In this document: piece by piece, positions 1 through 13,234 of the stretch
Numbering within the stretch: the first letter of the stretch is position 1
Layout: each line of letters begins with the position of its first letter
Assembly (NCBI GenBank): GCA_964016885.1
Contig: OZ024740.1
Location: 321,408,001 to 321,472,000, forward strand
DNA: 64,000 nucleotides
Direction: 5' to 3'
DNA from: Eledone cirrhosa
Taxonomy: Eukaryota
Made by a program: the position numbers and the translations under genes
Notes under the pieces: model-generated
Told to the model about the DNA's origin: nothing
Database searches by the model: none
Seen by the model: the letters and a program-made list of their open reading frames with translations, nothing else

Positions 1-2561
1 ATTGTAAATGAATAATTTTTAATTGTTGAACATGTTGGATTGAAACAGGTTGCCTTATCATTGTTTTAATTGAATATAATTATATATAACAAGAAAAAAC
101 AATACAAGAGACCAATACAAATACAATAATAGTATGTTAGTTTATCACTTGATATAGTTGGAAAAGAGTCTCAACGTTTCAGGTGCTAGTCTTTCTTTGG
201 AAGATAGAAATAGAGAAGAGGAAATGTTTGGAGGAGAGAAAAATAAGGAAGATAGATGAGAGTAAGAAAAGAAAAGAGAAGGCATGTGTTGTTGATAGTC
301 ATATATAAATGGTGCCGCGACAAAAAATGGCCAGTCCATACTGTAAAGTGGTTGTATAGGTGACGACAAAAAGCAACCAGCCCACAGTAAAGTGGTCGTT
401 TTGGTAACATGACAAAAAGGACTCAGTGCACACTTTAAGGTGGTCATTTTGATTCCACAATAAAATGCACCCAGTACACACTGTAAATGTGGTTAGCATT
501 AGGAAGAGTATCCAGCTGTAGAAACCAAGCCAAAATCAATTCTGTATGAGCATGATACAGTCATTTGATTTGGCTTGTCTCACAACAGAACAACTTGTCT
601 AACCCATGCTAGCATGGAAAATGGATGTTAAATGGTGATGATGGTACATATTTTTTATTAATTGGATCAATTTCTTGATTGTGTGAATCAGAATGTTTAG
701 TTTTTGTTTGTACTGCATGTTTCTGTATCAGGTACACTGTATTAACATTAATAAGTAAGTACATTGTATTTAGTTTAGAATAGGTATACTATCTGGGACT
801 AAAGAGGTACCACCCTGTTCTCTCCGTTCACTGAAGGTAATAAGACCAAGAGGGTGAATAGAATAGAGGGCAATGACAGAAGTACCCTGGTGAGGAGTGC
901 AAGAGTGGGCAATATTGTTTTACTCTTATTTGTTTCTGCTGCTATGCTGAGTCATCACTTTTACTTATATTTTTCAAGTCTGGTATTTATTTTATCAATC
1001 TCTTTTTTTGTCAATTACAGACACAAATACAAATGTAAACACACACACACCTCATCATCATCATTTAACAAATGCTTATTCATGCTGATCTGGTTTGGAT
1101 ACACAAATATATATATATATATATATATATATGGTGCTATGAAAATAATTCCCTGTATACGCTATAAAGTGGTTGGTGCTGAGAAGTGCATGTAGAAAAC
1201 CATGTCAAAGATAAATCATGAATAAGATGTGGTCACATGACCTGAGGCTCTAACCCAGGCAAACATGGAAAATAGATTGTGATGACAATGATGATGATAC
1301 ATATCTATATGACAAAGAGTTTTTGCAGTTCCCATCCACCAAATTTCACTCAAGGCATTGGTCAATCTGAGGTTACAGGGTCTTAGTAGAAATCACTTGT
1401 GGTTGTGAAGCAAAGTCTTTCACCAAACAGTAATGCCTGTACTACTTTTAGTGTTGTTTAATGTGTATTTTAAAGCTGTTTGTCTAATACTAGTGAATAG
1501 TCACAAGAGTGAAATTATCTGGCAGTCTTTTCTTCTACTGACCTAGTTTATTTCAAGATAAAACACATTTATTTCTGATAGATTTTATTTATTAAACACA
1601 AAATAGTCCTACACTTGAGATTACTGATATGAGAACCTACTTCATCATCATATATCTGCTTTTCCATGCTGATATGGATTGTTATGTCCCGAGACATTTC
1701 TTATTTGGAGTTACTGCCTTAGATGAATTGGTAGAGTGTATCTTGCTGCTCATACATTCTAATTCTTGACATGGTTTCTACACCCTTCCTAACATCAAAC
1801 ACTTTACATAATGTATAGGTTGCATTTTAATACAGCACCATTATTAGAGGTTTTCATATCCTCAACAAGACTATTGAGTCTTCTCTGCTCTACGTTATTT
1901 CCTTTTATTTACCAACTACTTTACAGAATGTATTTTATTGACACCAACACTGGAGAAGTTGCCTTGCTCATACATACATGGCAAGAGTTATCTCCTCTGT
2001 CGTGTCCATTCTCAAAGCAAAAGTGCCTGAAGTGTGTAATTTGAAGGAGTTGTAACAGAGGTTAAATGAGGAGAGGGCATGCATAAGTGTGAAGAATATA
2101 GGAGAGAGAACAACAATTATACCTATATGTTGGTAAGAGGGAGGGTGATCTGTAGGGGGGGGGGGTCATGGTAGGAGAGTGCTAGTACTGTAATAACTGA
2201 GAAGTATGAGTTGTTTGACAGCTTTAAGAGTTTATGGGGGAAGAAAGTCTGGATAGGAGAGACATTAGTGGTTATATTCATATTGGTTGTAGGTAAGACA
2301 TTTGCCAATAAAGATGTCATCATTTAACTCTTAATATCCTGTACCGCATGAAACCACATTAGCAAGGCTTTTTTGAAAAGCTTAAAACAGCACTATGATT
2401 GCAGCACATTAAAATGTAAGTCTTTAGTTTAATGCCAATGTTTACAACAATCTGTACACTAGTAAAGATACTATAAACAATTGGATTTACAAAGCCCGTA
2501 TTTAGATATTTTCTGCTAAATATCGTTTAACGTCCTTTTATTATTACATAATACACATAAG

Positions 2562-2782
2562 GGCAGTGGATTGGCAGTATCAGTAGAGGGTTGGACGCCA
2601 TGCTTTGCAGCAAGAGTTACAGCTCTTTATGATCTGAGTTCAAAACCTGTCGAGGTTAACTTTGCCTTTCATCCTTACAGGGTCGATAAAATAAAGTACC
2701 AGTCATGCACTGGGGTCGATTTAATCGACTCCCCTCCCTCCCCCAAAATTGCTGGCCTTGTGCCTATATAAGAAACCATTAT
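2562..2782 (+). mobile_element. tRNA-headed SINE, with a partial duplicate at about 2793-2870
   Basis: A-box-like TGGCAGTATCAG, B-box-like GAGTTCAAAACC. Body (ttgcctttcatcct..gggtcgataaaataaagtaccag) recurs elsewhere in the window. Confidence 0.75.
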
Positions 2783-4071
2783 TACATAATATACAGGGTC
2801 GATAAAATAAAGTACCAGTAATGAACTGGGTAATTGCTGGCCTTGTGCCTAAAGTAGAAACAATTATTACATAATACACATCTCACTATTTATATATTAC
2901 ATTCAGTTTGTGGCTATGGATAGGCTGTCTCCTTTTACCTTTTCTACTGCTACTACAATGGTCTCTGCTTATTGGAGCTTGATATTCTCATGCAATCTCC
3001 ACTGAAGTAATCTTGACTCACTTGTCTCTCTTCTTCTTATCACCCAGGTTGTATTCAACCCCACAAGCCCTACACTCAGTCCCCAGAATGTGCATACTTT
3101 TGGAACTCCTCCCTACTTATGTTTTTCCCAAAGGAATGGACCTGTAACAGTTTAAGTAGAACATTGAGTGGCATGGGCACTGCCTCTTCCTCTAGACAAC
3201 CAAATAAAGAACAAAAAGTACTTAGATGGCTACAAAATCATAATTACTGTATATACACAAATATGACCTATTTTATGTCTGAGAAATAGACAAAAGATCC
3301 AAACCAATATGTATAAGCCAAGGCAGTTCTGCAACACATTTTTTAGATGGTACTTTATGACTGTTTTCAAGGCTATATTCATTCAAAATACATAAAAAAA
3401 CAATAGGAAAACTAAATTTCCCCTCTACAGTGAAACTGGTGTAATATTCACCTCCAAACCTGAGAATTCCGTGGATTCCTCCAACCCCACTGTTAACTAC
3501 CTGTTAGTTACTTAGAATTTGAAGTTGGTAAAATATTGACCTTGAATATAAGCTGACCTCAATTTTACCATAGATTTTTTAAAATACATATTACATGGCT
3601 TATACATGAGTATATATGGTAATTTGATTTTGTAATTATCATTAATTATCATCATTAAATTAAAGTGATCCATGTGAGACTATGGCATTTCATGTTCAAA
3701 TCTGGGCTTTTGTAGCATCTAAGGAAATGAAAGTTACTCCCACTTTGAAAGGGCTCCCTTTCTATCCCTTGTAACTTTATCAGAGACAGAATTTAATCCA
3801 CTATCAGTTTTAGATAGCTGTCTTCAAGGTTAATTTTCTGTGAATATTTACATTATATTTATTTTATCTCCCCAAGTAACACACTTAAAATATCTTATCT
3901 GCTACTGATTATATTTTATTTCAAAATAATGCATGAAAGTATATTTATTTATTGCTAAAATGTTCAGTATCTTGATAAAATTTAAACTATTTTGCAAAGA
4001 CAATATAGGATAGAGAGGACCCTATTGTTAATGCCAAAATAAAATGTACTGAGTACACACTGTAAATTATT

Positions 4072-4158
4072 ATAGGGGGACTAAAAAGATACTGGGTACC
4101 ATTTTTATTTTTGTCTACATTATTTATTTTTTGTTCAAACCATTAAAAAGACATATCC
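4072..4158. mobile_element. Terminal fragment of a Tc1/mariner-type DNA transposon
   Basis: ccatttttatttttgtcta..ttcaaaccattaaaaa..catatc matches the end of the element at about 56810-56930. Confidence 0.45.
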
Positions 4159-4299
4159 AATCCTTGATAGCAGGGAAAGCAGACGTTAAAATGACAATGA
4201 TGATGAAGATATCAAATTCACTATCTTCTGAAATTTCTGTCCAGAGTTACAGCATATGTTCCAAATGATCTCCATTTAAATCCGTGCATTTTTGAGGCG

Positions 4300-4600
4300 C
4301 ATAGTGAATTTTAGCATAGCGTCTTTACTAACAGACCTAGTTTACTTATAGTCCTGTAAGATGTTTGGAAGGATGTCTTGAGCTCAAGCAAGGTTTGATG
4401 GTCATACCTTTCTTGTTGATAGTATCTAGCGCTATGGTGAAAAGGAATGGTTTAAATGCGTTGCTTTGTAACACACAGATGTCAAAGAATTTAGTTGAGC
4501 CATCAGGGGTAATTATAGCTACACTTTGTCTTGACAATGCCTCAATTGCTTCCATAATCATGGTTGGAATGACACAAAGGACTGATTTGGAAGAGGACAT
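4300..4600 (-). mobile_element. Degenerate RTE-type LINE reverse transcriptase fragment
   Basis: TPDGSTKFFDI-VLQ...PFLFTIALD...SSRHP resembles non-LTR RT motifs. Confidence 0.65.
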
Positions 4601-5083
4601 CTGATGATAAATATTTATGCTAGAATACATATATTTGAATTAGAACTTTTAGCTGTGAAAAGAATGAAAAGTGTAAACACTTTGAACTATTCCTCTGCAC
4701 AGAGATTACCTTTATGTTGTGATTCCAACAATTATTGTCTCATCAGAAAATTACTACCACTATGATTCTCTTTATGAAGGACTATAGCAACACTATATAT
4801 GTTGTACAGACTATATAAAATACCTGAAATGGTCTCTAATTTGTATGACGTGCGTACATTTTGGCAATGTAATTATATAATACTTGGTTGTCTCAATGGG
4901 ACCACTCGTCTAACTCATGCTAGCATAGAAAAGTAGACATTAAACAGTGATGATGAATCAATATTTATGCTACAACAAAGCATATATTTAAAGATTTGAA
5001 GGTAAATTTAAAGTAGATGTTACAAACGTTTTTGAATTGGAAGCCTTTTATTTTTGTTTTCTATAACTTATAATATTTTGTAG

Positions 5084-5187
5084 GAATCGGCATGGATTCA
5101 AGTGTGACACCACTGCGGCACGGTGGGCTCTCATTGGTACAAACAACAGATTTTTTTTATCCTCTTGTGGATGACCCTTACATGATG
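5084..5187 (+). CDS. SEPHS2: Selenophosphate synthetase (SPS2), first coding exon visible in the window: (G)[34 protein letters not shown]
   Basis: ttttgtag acceptor and gtaagt donor. The peptide matches the metazoan SPS family; TTDFFYP is the SPS2-type motif. Confidence 0.96.
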
Positions 5188-7165
5188 GTAAGTCCTCTCT
5201 TCTTTAAATGTTTTAGCCATAGATTTTATCATCACTATCATGATCATCTTTACATCTGTTTTTCCATGCCATCATGGGTTAGATAAGTCCTCTGCAGTAC
5301 AATATCTCTCCACCTTTCTCTTTTGTTAGGTGTAGTTTCTTGAGGTCAGCTTTCACTGCTTTCTACCCATGTCTTCCTTGGTCTTCCTCTTCCATAGCTT
5401 CGTTCCTTTTGGACCTCCCTTGTTATCTCCCCTGTGAAGTTTAGCTCTCACCACCTCTATTGCATCTTCCTTCTAGCTGGAAATCCTTTGTCATCTCCTC
5501 TATGAAGTTCAGCATTTTGAGATAAGCTCTCACCATCTCTATTGCACCTTCCTTTCATTTGCAACTCCTGGGACTTTTTCACCTTGTGGTCATCATCCAT
5601 ACACATCATATGTCTATTCTAGCTCCGTCTTCTTTCTTGCACACTGCATTTATATTCCTCATATGCTCACATTTTATCTTAACTCACCCATACTTCATCA
5701 TTCTTGTACACTAACATTACACATCAAATGGAGTGTACTTGATTCATTTCTCTCCATTAATTCATTAATCTCTATTACTTGTTCCCTAACCCCTTGCAAC
5801 CCTTTATGCCAGGGGTTCTCAAGCATGGCCTAGTGGTTAGGATGCTGGATCACAAGGTTGTGGAATCTATTCCTGGACCAGGCAGTGCATTTTGTTAATG
5901 AGCAAGATGCTACATTACTTTCTTCTATGAGAAGGCTGGAGTCCCTGTTAGTAAAAAAACCTGTGAAACCTTGTAATGCAACCAGGGAGAAGCCAGCTAA
6001 GCCTGCATAGGTGTTAGCTGTAAATTTCATTTTCATTTCTTTATTTTTTAAATTTACCATATCATGCAACTTTTTAAAAGTAAATCTCACCCCCACTCTG
6101 TTCAGTAATTTGTGTTTCTGTCTCTATGATATTACAGCAACTAACAAAGGGGGGATATTTTAACACACTGCTTTTAACATTACTGTTTTAGGTGTATCTC
6201 AGTTTTTAGAATAGATACTCTGTTTCCATGTGTGTCGTAAGAGACATAAAAGGATTGGTGTCAGGAATGGCATCCGGCTGTAAAATTCTCAAAGCATCCT
6301 GTCTAACCCATGCCAGCATGGAAATGTGGACCTTGAAACAAGGCTGCTGCTGATGTTCAAATAACAATAATAGCACGAAATTCATCAGTTAACATGTTTC
6401 TCCATATTCACATGTGTTGGATTGTTTATCACAAAATAAGTCACTACTTCATCAGAACTACTGTCCTTCCAGATAGACCAGGGGTTACATGGTTTCTATA
6501 AGATGCCCTTCCTATCCACCATTTTACAGAGCATACTGGCTGTGTTTTTCGTAGTTCCAGCCCTAAAGGTGGTGTTGTATCTATCATGTGACTGAAAGGT
6601 TGTCCCAACACTTTTGACAGATGGATATCTTTCTTAATGTCAACCTATTTACAGAGTGGACTGGGTGCATTTTACCAGTCATAGAGGTTATTGACTCCAT
6701 GACGTACTGGAGTGTCCTCTACCCTCCGAGAGGAGGAGTGAATGACAGTGTGATATCATGGATGTGGTGGAATTTAATAGTGGGATGTGAGGGAGAAGGA
6801 GGGAAGAGTTTGCTAAAGTATGGTGATGGAGGTGTTGCGTATGGACAGGCTAGAGGTCACATCTGCTACATGAATACATATGTTTATATGTATGCATATA
6901 TCTATGTGTGTGTATATATATATGTTTGTATGTCTATGTGTGGTGTGTGTGTTTATATATATGTCTAGGTGTGTGTGTGTGTATATATATATATACACTA
7001 TATATATATATATATTGTTATACTTTGGGAGGGTCATGTTGCCAATAAGAAACACATGCACCAGTTGCTTTCACTTCAATTTATTATAATAAATTTATAA
7101 ATTTAGGAATTTATAAATTTCTGGTTGGTTGGTTGGTTCCACAACCAGATAGTTGTTTATATATT

Positions 7166-7208
7166 GTCAAAGTTCTTTCGTCACACATTCTGTGACCTCT
7201 TCAGTGAC
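7166..7208 (-). ncRNA. Minimal type-I hammerhead ribozyme (inverted copy of 7535-7577)
   Basis: Reverse complement of the + copy. Confidence 0.8.
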
Positions 7209-7534
7209 TGGGGATTCTTTTCTTTGTTTTTGTGCCTCCTTTGTTCTGTCCTACGCCATTTTGTTTCTGTGTGTGTGTTGTGTGCTCAGTCTGCGCATTC
7301 GCCACATCCGGGTGTCTCTGTGTGTTTATATTTGTTTATTTACATGTTACCAGTTGGTTGTTTGTTCTATGTGTGTGTGTGTTTTCATTTTGTCCTTAAT
7401 TATAAGTTGTGATGTTGCTGTTCCACTCATATTTTCTATTTAATTTTGGTTGTAATTCTTTTATGTTTATTGCCTCTGTGATTTGTCTAAACATTGCGTC
7501 TTTTCTGTGTGTAGATTCTATAATAGAATCCCCA

Positions 7535-7577
7535 GTCACTGAAGAGGTCACAGAATGTGTGACGAAAGAACTTTGAC
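7535..7577 (+). ncRNA. Minimal type-I hammerhead ribozyme
   Basis: GTCA-CTGAAGA-g-GTCACA gaatg TGTGAC-GAAA-GAAC-TT-TGAC (stem I GTCA/TGAC). Confidence 0.8.
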
Positions 7578-8004
7578 AATATATAAACAACTATCTGGTT
7601 GTGGAACCAACCAACCAACCAGAAATTTATAAATTCCTAAATTTATAAATTTATTATAATAAATTGAAGTGAAAGCAACTGGTGCATGTGTTTCTTATTG
7701 GCAACATAACCCTCCCAAAGTATAACAATATCGGTTTCAACACACGATTTCAGATAAAGAATCTTGCTAAACAAATTCAGAAACGATATATATATATATA
7801 TATATCATTTAATGTCTGTTTTCCTTGCTATCAAGGGTTAGACAAATGTGTATGTTTGGGATTGTTGTACATTTGAAGACCCTAACTAGTTAGGGTGTTG
7901 GACTCATGATAATTAGGTTTGGAGTATATATGTTTTTTAATTTTTTTATATATAACTAATTTAAATACTTATTTCTATACTATTATTTTTTATTATATTT
8001 TCAG

Positions 8005-8154
8005 GGTAAAATTGCTTGTGCCAATGTGTTAAGTGACTTGTATGCTATGGGTGTCACTGAGTGTGACAACATGCTCATGTTACTGGGCGTCAGTAATAAA
8101 ATGACCGAGAAGGAAAGAGATGTCGTTGTTCCAATTATGATGCGCGGTTTCAAG
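8005..8154 (+). CDS. SEPHS2: SPS2 exon: [50 protein letters not shown]
   Basis: Translated by hand (absent from the ORF track). tttcag acceptor, gtcagt donor, 150 nt, phase-compatible with neighbouring exons. Confidence 0.96.
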
Positions 8155-9095
8155 GTCAGTCATTGTTATGACACATCTTAAATTAATGAAGAATTAATAA
8201 AATTTAAAAAAGGCAGTCATCATCATCATGATCATTTTGTGTTAGTATCTTGTTTATTGACGTCGATGGGATGAAAGACAAAACTGACCGCACCAAGATT
8301 TAAATTAGAAACGTAGTGAACTGGAGCAAAATACTTATGCAAAATCTGACAACCTAATGACTGTCAATTTTCCATCTGATTGTACTTGTATATTTTATCA
8401 TGTCACCAGCACTAGAGAGGTTGTCATGTCCTCAACATGACCAGAGGGTCCTCTATGCGTTAGTTGATTTTGTTTATTTATCACTCACTCTACTGGTGGT
8501 ACCAAGTGCATTCAATCAGGTTGTCCCATCCACTGCAGGCTAAAAGGAACCGCCATGTCATACTATCTCCAATATTTCACAAAATTTACATATAGTATAG
8601 CTGTGCTTGCTCCAATAGAACTACTTCAAAAGTAAAGGGACATCATCACCACCACCATCATTGGTTATGTGTTGATATTTTTTTCCCATGCTGTCGAGGG
8701 ATTGACAGGATGTTGAAGCGGAATTTTATGGTTGAATTGTGGTACCTTTGATTATGTGGAACATAAATCAAAATCACTGCTAGCAATATCAAATGTGAAG
8801 ACACACAGACACACACATGACCAGTCTGTGTGTGTGTCTGTAATGTTTGATATAAATATTGTAGTTAGTGTGTTGATTGATGGATGATGCAAAATTATAG
8901 TGTGTAGTTGATGATGATGATGATGCAAGGTTGTGTCTAGATTATAGATGAAGTTGATCATGATGCTAAGTTAGGATTAAAGCTCTTTCTCATATTTAAT
9001 TGTATTTCTTATTAAAAATGACTTTATTCTCCTTCCTTCAATGTTTTTATATTATCCCATTGTTAACTTATTGCCCTATTGTGAATTATTTGAAG

Positions 9096-9208
9096 GACTT
9101 GGCTGAAGATGCTGGCACCCAGGTATCAGGTGGTCAAACAGTTATCAATCCCTGGTTGACCATTGGTGGAGTGGCAACTACAGTATGTCAACCAAATGAA
9201 TTTATTAT
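9096..9208 (+). CDS. SEPHS2: SPS2 exon: [37 protein letters not shown](M)
   Basis: tttgaag acceptor, gtaagt donor; conserved GGQT motif. Confidence 0.95.
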
Positions 9209-10472
9209 GTAAGTAAAAAATGTTACTATAAAGATTTTAATAATGTATTACTGTATATATATATATATATATATTAAGGATATATGTCACACCTTTTTTC
9301 TACAGAAATCCTATGTGTAATACTAGCATTTCACTTATATACTGGATCTACGATATCTTAACCCTTTAGCATTTACATTACTCTATATTTACTATTATAA
9401 TTTTGTGGTAAAGGCATTACCTCATAATTATCTCATGTAATATCAAATCTACGAGATTTTGATATTATTTATTTTGAGATCAATACCTTAACATTAATAT
9501 GAGTGGCTAGTTACTGCTGGTTTGAACTGAAAAAAGGTGAGAAAATTCTGGCTGGATCTGGCTAGTTTAAATGCTAAAGGGTTAATTCAAAATATATGGG
9601 ACATTGTAAATGTTGTATGTAAGATGGATGTGTGACTTATACAACTGTATGTACATCATCATTATATAACATCCATTTTCTTGCTAGTAATAGTTGGATG
9701 GGTCATCATAGACCAAATTGATACCTGGCCAGAGCCTGATGACCTTCCAGACAGGTCAGGTAGGTGGTGCAGGTGTATCTCGCTTAAATATGTTCCTGTA
9801 CTCTACAGAATGTATTGGGTATGTTTTATTGTGGCACCAAAACTAATAGGTTGCCATGTCTTTGATATAGCTAAAGAGTTTTCTTGACACTTTGTATCAT
9901 CTCTCCTTCTCATATATATAAAGAGAGAGATATGCTGTATTTTTGTCTATGAGGATATGTGAAAAACCAGCTTGCGACTTAGCTACTGGACCTATAAAAC
10001 GTTAATTCATATGGTACATTGTAAATGTATGTGTATAGAGTGGAGGTGTAACTTTGAATCACCAATAATTTACCAAATTATTTGTAAATTTAAAATATTG
10101 GGCAGTTGTTTGTGTTTGATATTCAGCATTGAAATATTTGAAATAACCTTTTTTTTTTCAAACCCAACAATATAATTTATATTTGATATATATAATTAAG
10201 TGGAACCTGCATGTTAACATGCTGCTTTAAGAGTAAATTGTTACTATTTTAATGGAATTAATGCTATATTCTTATGGTATTAATGCTGCTATTTTAAGGC
10301 TGTTGATGCTGCTATTTTAAATGTAAAATGTTAGTTAATTTCATGTAGACTAGGCTTATACCTGGTGAATGGTTTTGATATTTCTTGTCTCAGCTGATCC
10401 AACATAAATATACCGTAATAAATAAAGAGCAAACAAAACATTTTTGCTTATATTTGTGACTTTATATTTCAG

Positions 10473-10663
10473 GCCAGACAATGCTGTAGTGGGTGATGTA
10501 CTTGTCTTGACCAAGCCCTTGGGTACACAGGTTGCTGTGAATGCCCACCAGTGGTTAGATGAACCTGAACGAATGTCTCGGCTCAAAATGGTTGTCAGTG
10601 AAGATGATATTCGAAAGGCTTATCACAGAGCAATGTGTAGCATGTCAAGATTGAACCGTACAG
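10473..10663 (+). CDS. SEPHS2: SPS2 exon: [63 protein letters not shown]
   Basis: tttcag acceptor, gtatgg donor; [12 protein letters not shown] SelD signature. Confidence 0.96.
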
Positions 10664-11322
10664 GTATGGAACTACTGTAGTTGTTTTTGTTTTGGTTAAC
10701 TCTTAATGTCCTGTACCACATGTAACCACATTAGTAAGATATTTTTGAAAAGTTCAAAACAAAATTGTTTGCATCACATCGTGTGTTTTATTGTGGCACC
10801 AGCACTACATGTTGTCACGTGATTGTCCAGGCTGAAGAGTCTTAGACCCTGTATTGTCTGTGTTCAATTGCCTCTGATTTTTCACCACATTTACTTTTTA
10901 GTTTTAAAGCATAGAGCCTATCACCCTCTCCCCTTCCCTTTCTTCAGTGGCTGCATAGTCCTTGCTTTTTCTCTCCTTTTCCTCTCATTTATGGTATTTA
11001 TAGCCCTTTCTCCTACTTACCTATACAGTCAGATCTGCCCTTCTTTAACCCTTCCCTCCTTGGTTTGTTGCTTGGTTTCATTTTTATCCCTTTTCCATCA
11101 ATATTTTACAACTGTGAATTGATTTATTGTCTATAATTCTATAACATTTTAAAAACTATTGTTTATAAAAATGGTTGACTGAATAAAAAGTTATATATTT
11201 AAAGTATATATAAGTATAAACATTTTAAAATGAGCAATTTTTGTATCATAAATCCTGGGAAATTTCAGGTAGTTTGGTATCAAGGAATATTTGAATGGTT
11301 TGTGTTTTCTCTCTTTCTGCAG

Positions 11323-11535
11323 CTGCCAGACTGATGCATAAATATAATGCACATGGGGCAACTGATGTCACAGGCTTCGGCCTAATCGGTCATGCAAAGA
11401 ACTTGTCAAAAATTCAGAAGAATGAAGTCAGTTTTGTCATCCACAACCTGCCAATAATTGCCAAAATGGCTGCTGTCAGTAAAGCAAGTGGAAATATGTT
11501 TGGATTGTTCCAAGGACAATCCGCAGAAACATCTG
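11323..11535 (+). CDS. SEPHS2: SPS2 exon: [28 protein letters not shown]...[15 protein letters not shown]
   Basis: ctgcag acceptor, gtaagt donor; [11 protein letters not shown] SelD signature. Confidence 0.96.
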
Positions 11536-11539
11536 GTAA

Positions 11540-11752
11540 GTTATCATCATTAGCATCACTATCATCAACATTTCTACCATCATTACTATAATCATCATCA
11601 CTACCATCATCATTATCATCATCAACATTACTACTACCATTACCATCACCATAACTATCAACACCACCACCATTATCATCATCAACATTACTACCACAAT
11701 TACCATCACTATTAACATCAACATTATTATCACCATCACTATCATCACCACA
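11540..11752. repeat. Degenerate (CAT/CAC) trinucleotide repeat
   Basis: Visible 3-nt periodicity immediately after an SPS2 splice donor. Confidence 0.9.
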
Positions 11753-12682
11753 ATGTCTGTTTTTCTTCGCTTGCATGGATTGGATGGTTTTGTCTACAGC
11801 TAAATGCTTTTCTTGACACTAACCCATATCCCATTCTGAGTGATGACAAGGCTGGTCCTTTAAATTCCAGGCATAATATATCAATCGGGTTTTTACTCAG
11901 TTTTTGTGTACCCAATTTCATTCAACAATGCTTGGGTCGATCTGACCCTATGGTAAATCACTTGTCCAAGATGCCATGTAGTAGGACTTAATCTGGGATC
12001 TTATAACTGTGAAGCAAACTTCTTAACCATACAACCTACTGATGCTGTTTTGGATCTATCCACTGTTTCTTTGTGATGTTTTTGTTATAGAAAGTGCATG
12101 GCTTAGTGGTTTGGGTGTTGGATTGAAGGACGTAAGGTCATGAGTTCAAATCCTGAACCAGGCTTTGCTTTTCATATGACTGGGGCTTCTATCCTTAATA
12201 CACAAGAGAAATCCCTTATGAGATGCAACTTTATATGAGGCTACCAAAACCTGCATAGGTGTGAGCTTTTACAACATATATAATGTCCATTTTTCCTGCT
12301 AGCAAGGGTTGGATGAGTTGTCACCGACTGACAATATTCATGCAAAGCAGCTGACCTCTCAAATGTGCCAGGAGCCTGCCTCTCACATAAATTCCTATGC
12401 ATTTTATTGTTGCACCAATGCTTGAGAATTTGTGATTTTTGCATGGCTGAATAGTCCTTTTGATTCTCTGTTTGACATGTTTTCTATAGCTAGATGCCCT
12501 TCCCATCACCAACCTCTTAACAGTGTGCTGAATATGTTTGTGTAGGGAGGTTGTCATGTTTCTGACTTAATTGAAGAGCCCTTCCAACGCTTCATATATC
12601 TGCACACACACACACATATATATGTATTTGATATGGTGAGGGCTCTGATTAAAACGTCTGAACGAGGTCAGCTAAACTGCCA

Positions 12683-13020
12683 GGTGTGAGTTGTAACATG
12701 CATGTATATATGACTATCATTAAAACATTTGGGAAATTTCCTATGAAATACAATCTTGTAGGAGGCTCAAGAAACCTACATAAGTGTGAGCTGTAACATT
12801 ACACACATGCACACACACACACAAAGACTAGGACCCCCCGATCATTAATATGAATGAGAAACTTATAACCTTGTAGGAGACTTAGGAAATTTACTTAGCT
12901 GTGAGTTGTAACATTTATCCATATATATATATAAGACTGAGGCCCCTATCATTAAAATGAATGAGAAACCTATGAAATACAACCTTGTAGAAGGCTCAGG
13001 AAACCTACATAGATGTGAAC
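12683..13020. repeat. Degenerate tandem repeat, about 3 units of 100-115 bp
   Basis: Recurring gtgagttgtaacat...aaccttgtaggaggctcaggaaacctacata. Confidence 0.7.
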
Positions 13021-13049
13021 TCTAAATCTGATTTCTTTTTCTTCTGAAG

Positions 13050-13234
13050 GTGGTTTGCTGATTGCACTTCCCCGAGAACAGGCTGCAGCATATTGTAAAG
13101 ATATCGAAAAGCAAGAGGGGAACCAAGCTTGGATTATTGGAATTGTGGAGAAGGGCAATCGTACTGCCCGAATCATCGACAAACCGCGGGTTATAGAGGT
13201 ACCAGCAAAGGAAAAAGATGGAGAATTGTGGTAA
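13050..13234 (+). CDS. SEPHS2: SPS2 last coding exon: [61 protein letters not shown]
   Basis: Polypyrimidine tract plus gaag acceptor. Completes the ETSGGLL motif; TAA stop at 13232-13234. Confidence 0.96.

Larger units (their letters stand above)
7012..7731 (-). mobile_element. 5'-truncated Penelope-like element with inverted pseudo-LTR, inside an SPS2 intron
   Basis: Inverted arms of about 207 bp (7012-7218 and 7525-7731). The spacer encodes a GIY-YIG C-terminus (RQITEAINIKELQPKLN) on the - strand. Each arm holds a hammerhead. Confidence 0.8.

Noticed and set aside
1-5083. SPS2 exon carrying the UGA-Sec codon (KGUGCK motif)
   Set aside because: No such motif was found by eye; the exon presumably lies upstream of the window.
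5820-5900. tRNA-like sequence (also about 12095-12165, 26500-26570, 35720-35735)
   Set aside because: Only degenerate A/B boxes without a full cloverleaf; these look like SINE heads.
11414-11776. Asp/Gly-rich and Met/Val-rich ORFs on the - strand
   Set aside because: Translations of the intronic CAT/CAC repeat, antisense to SPS2.
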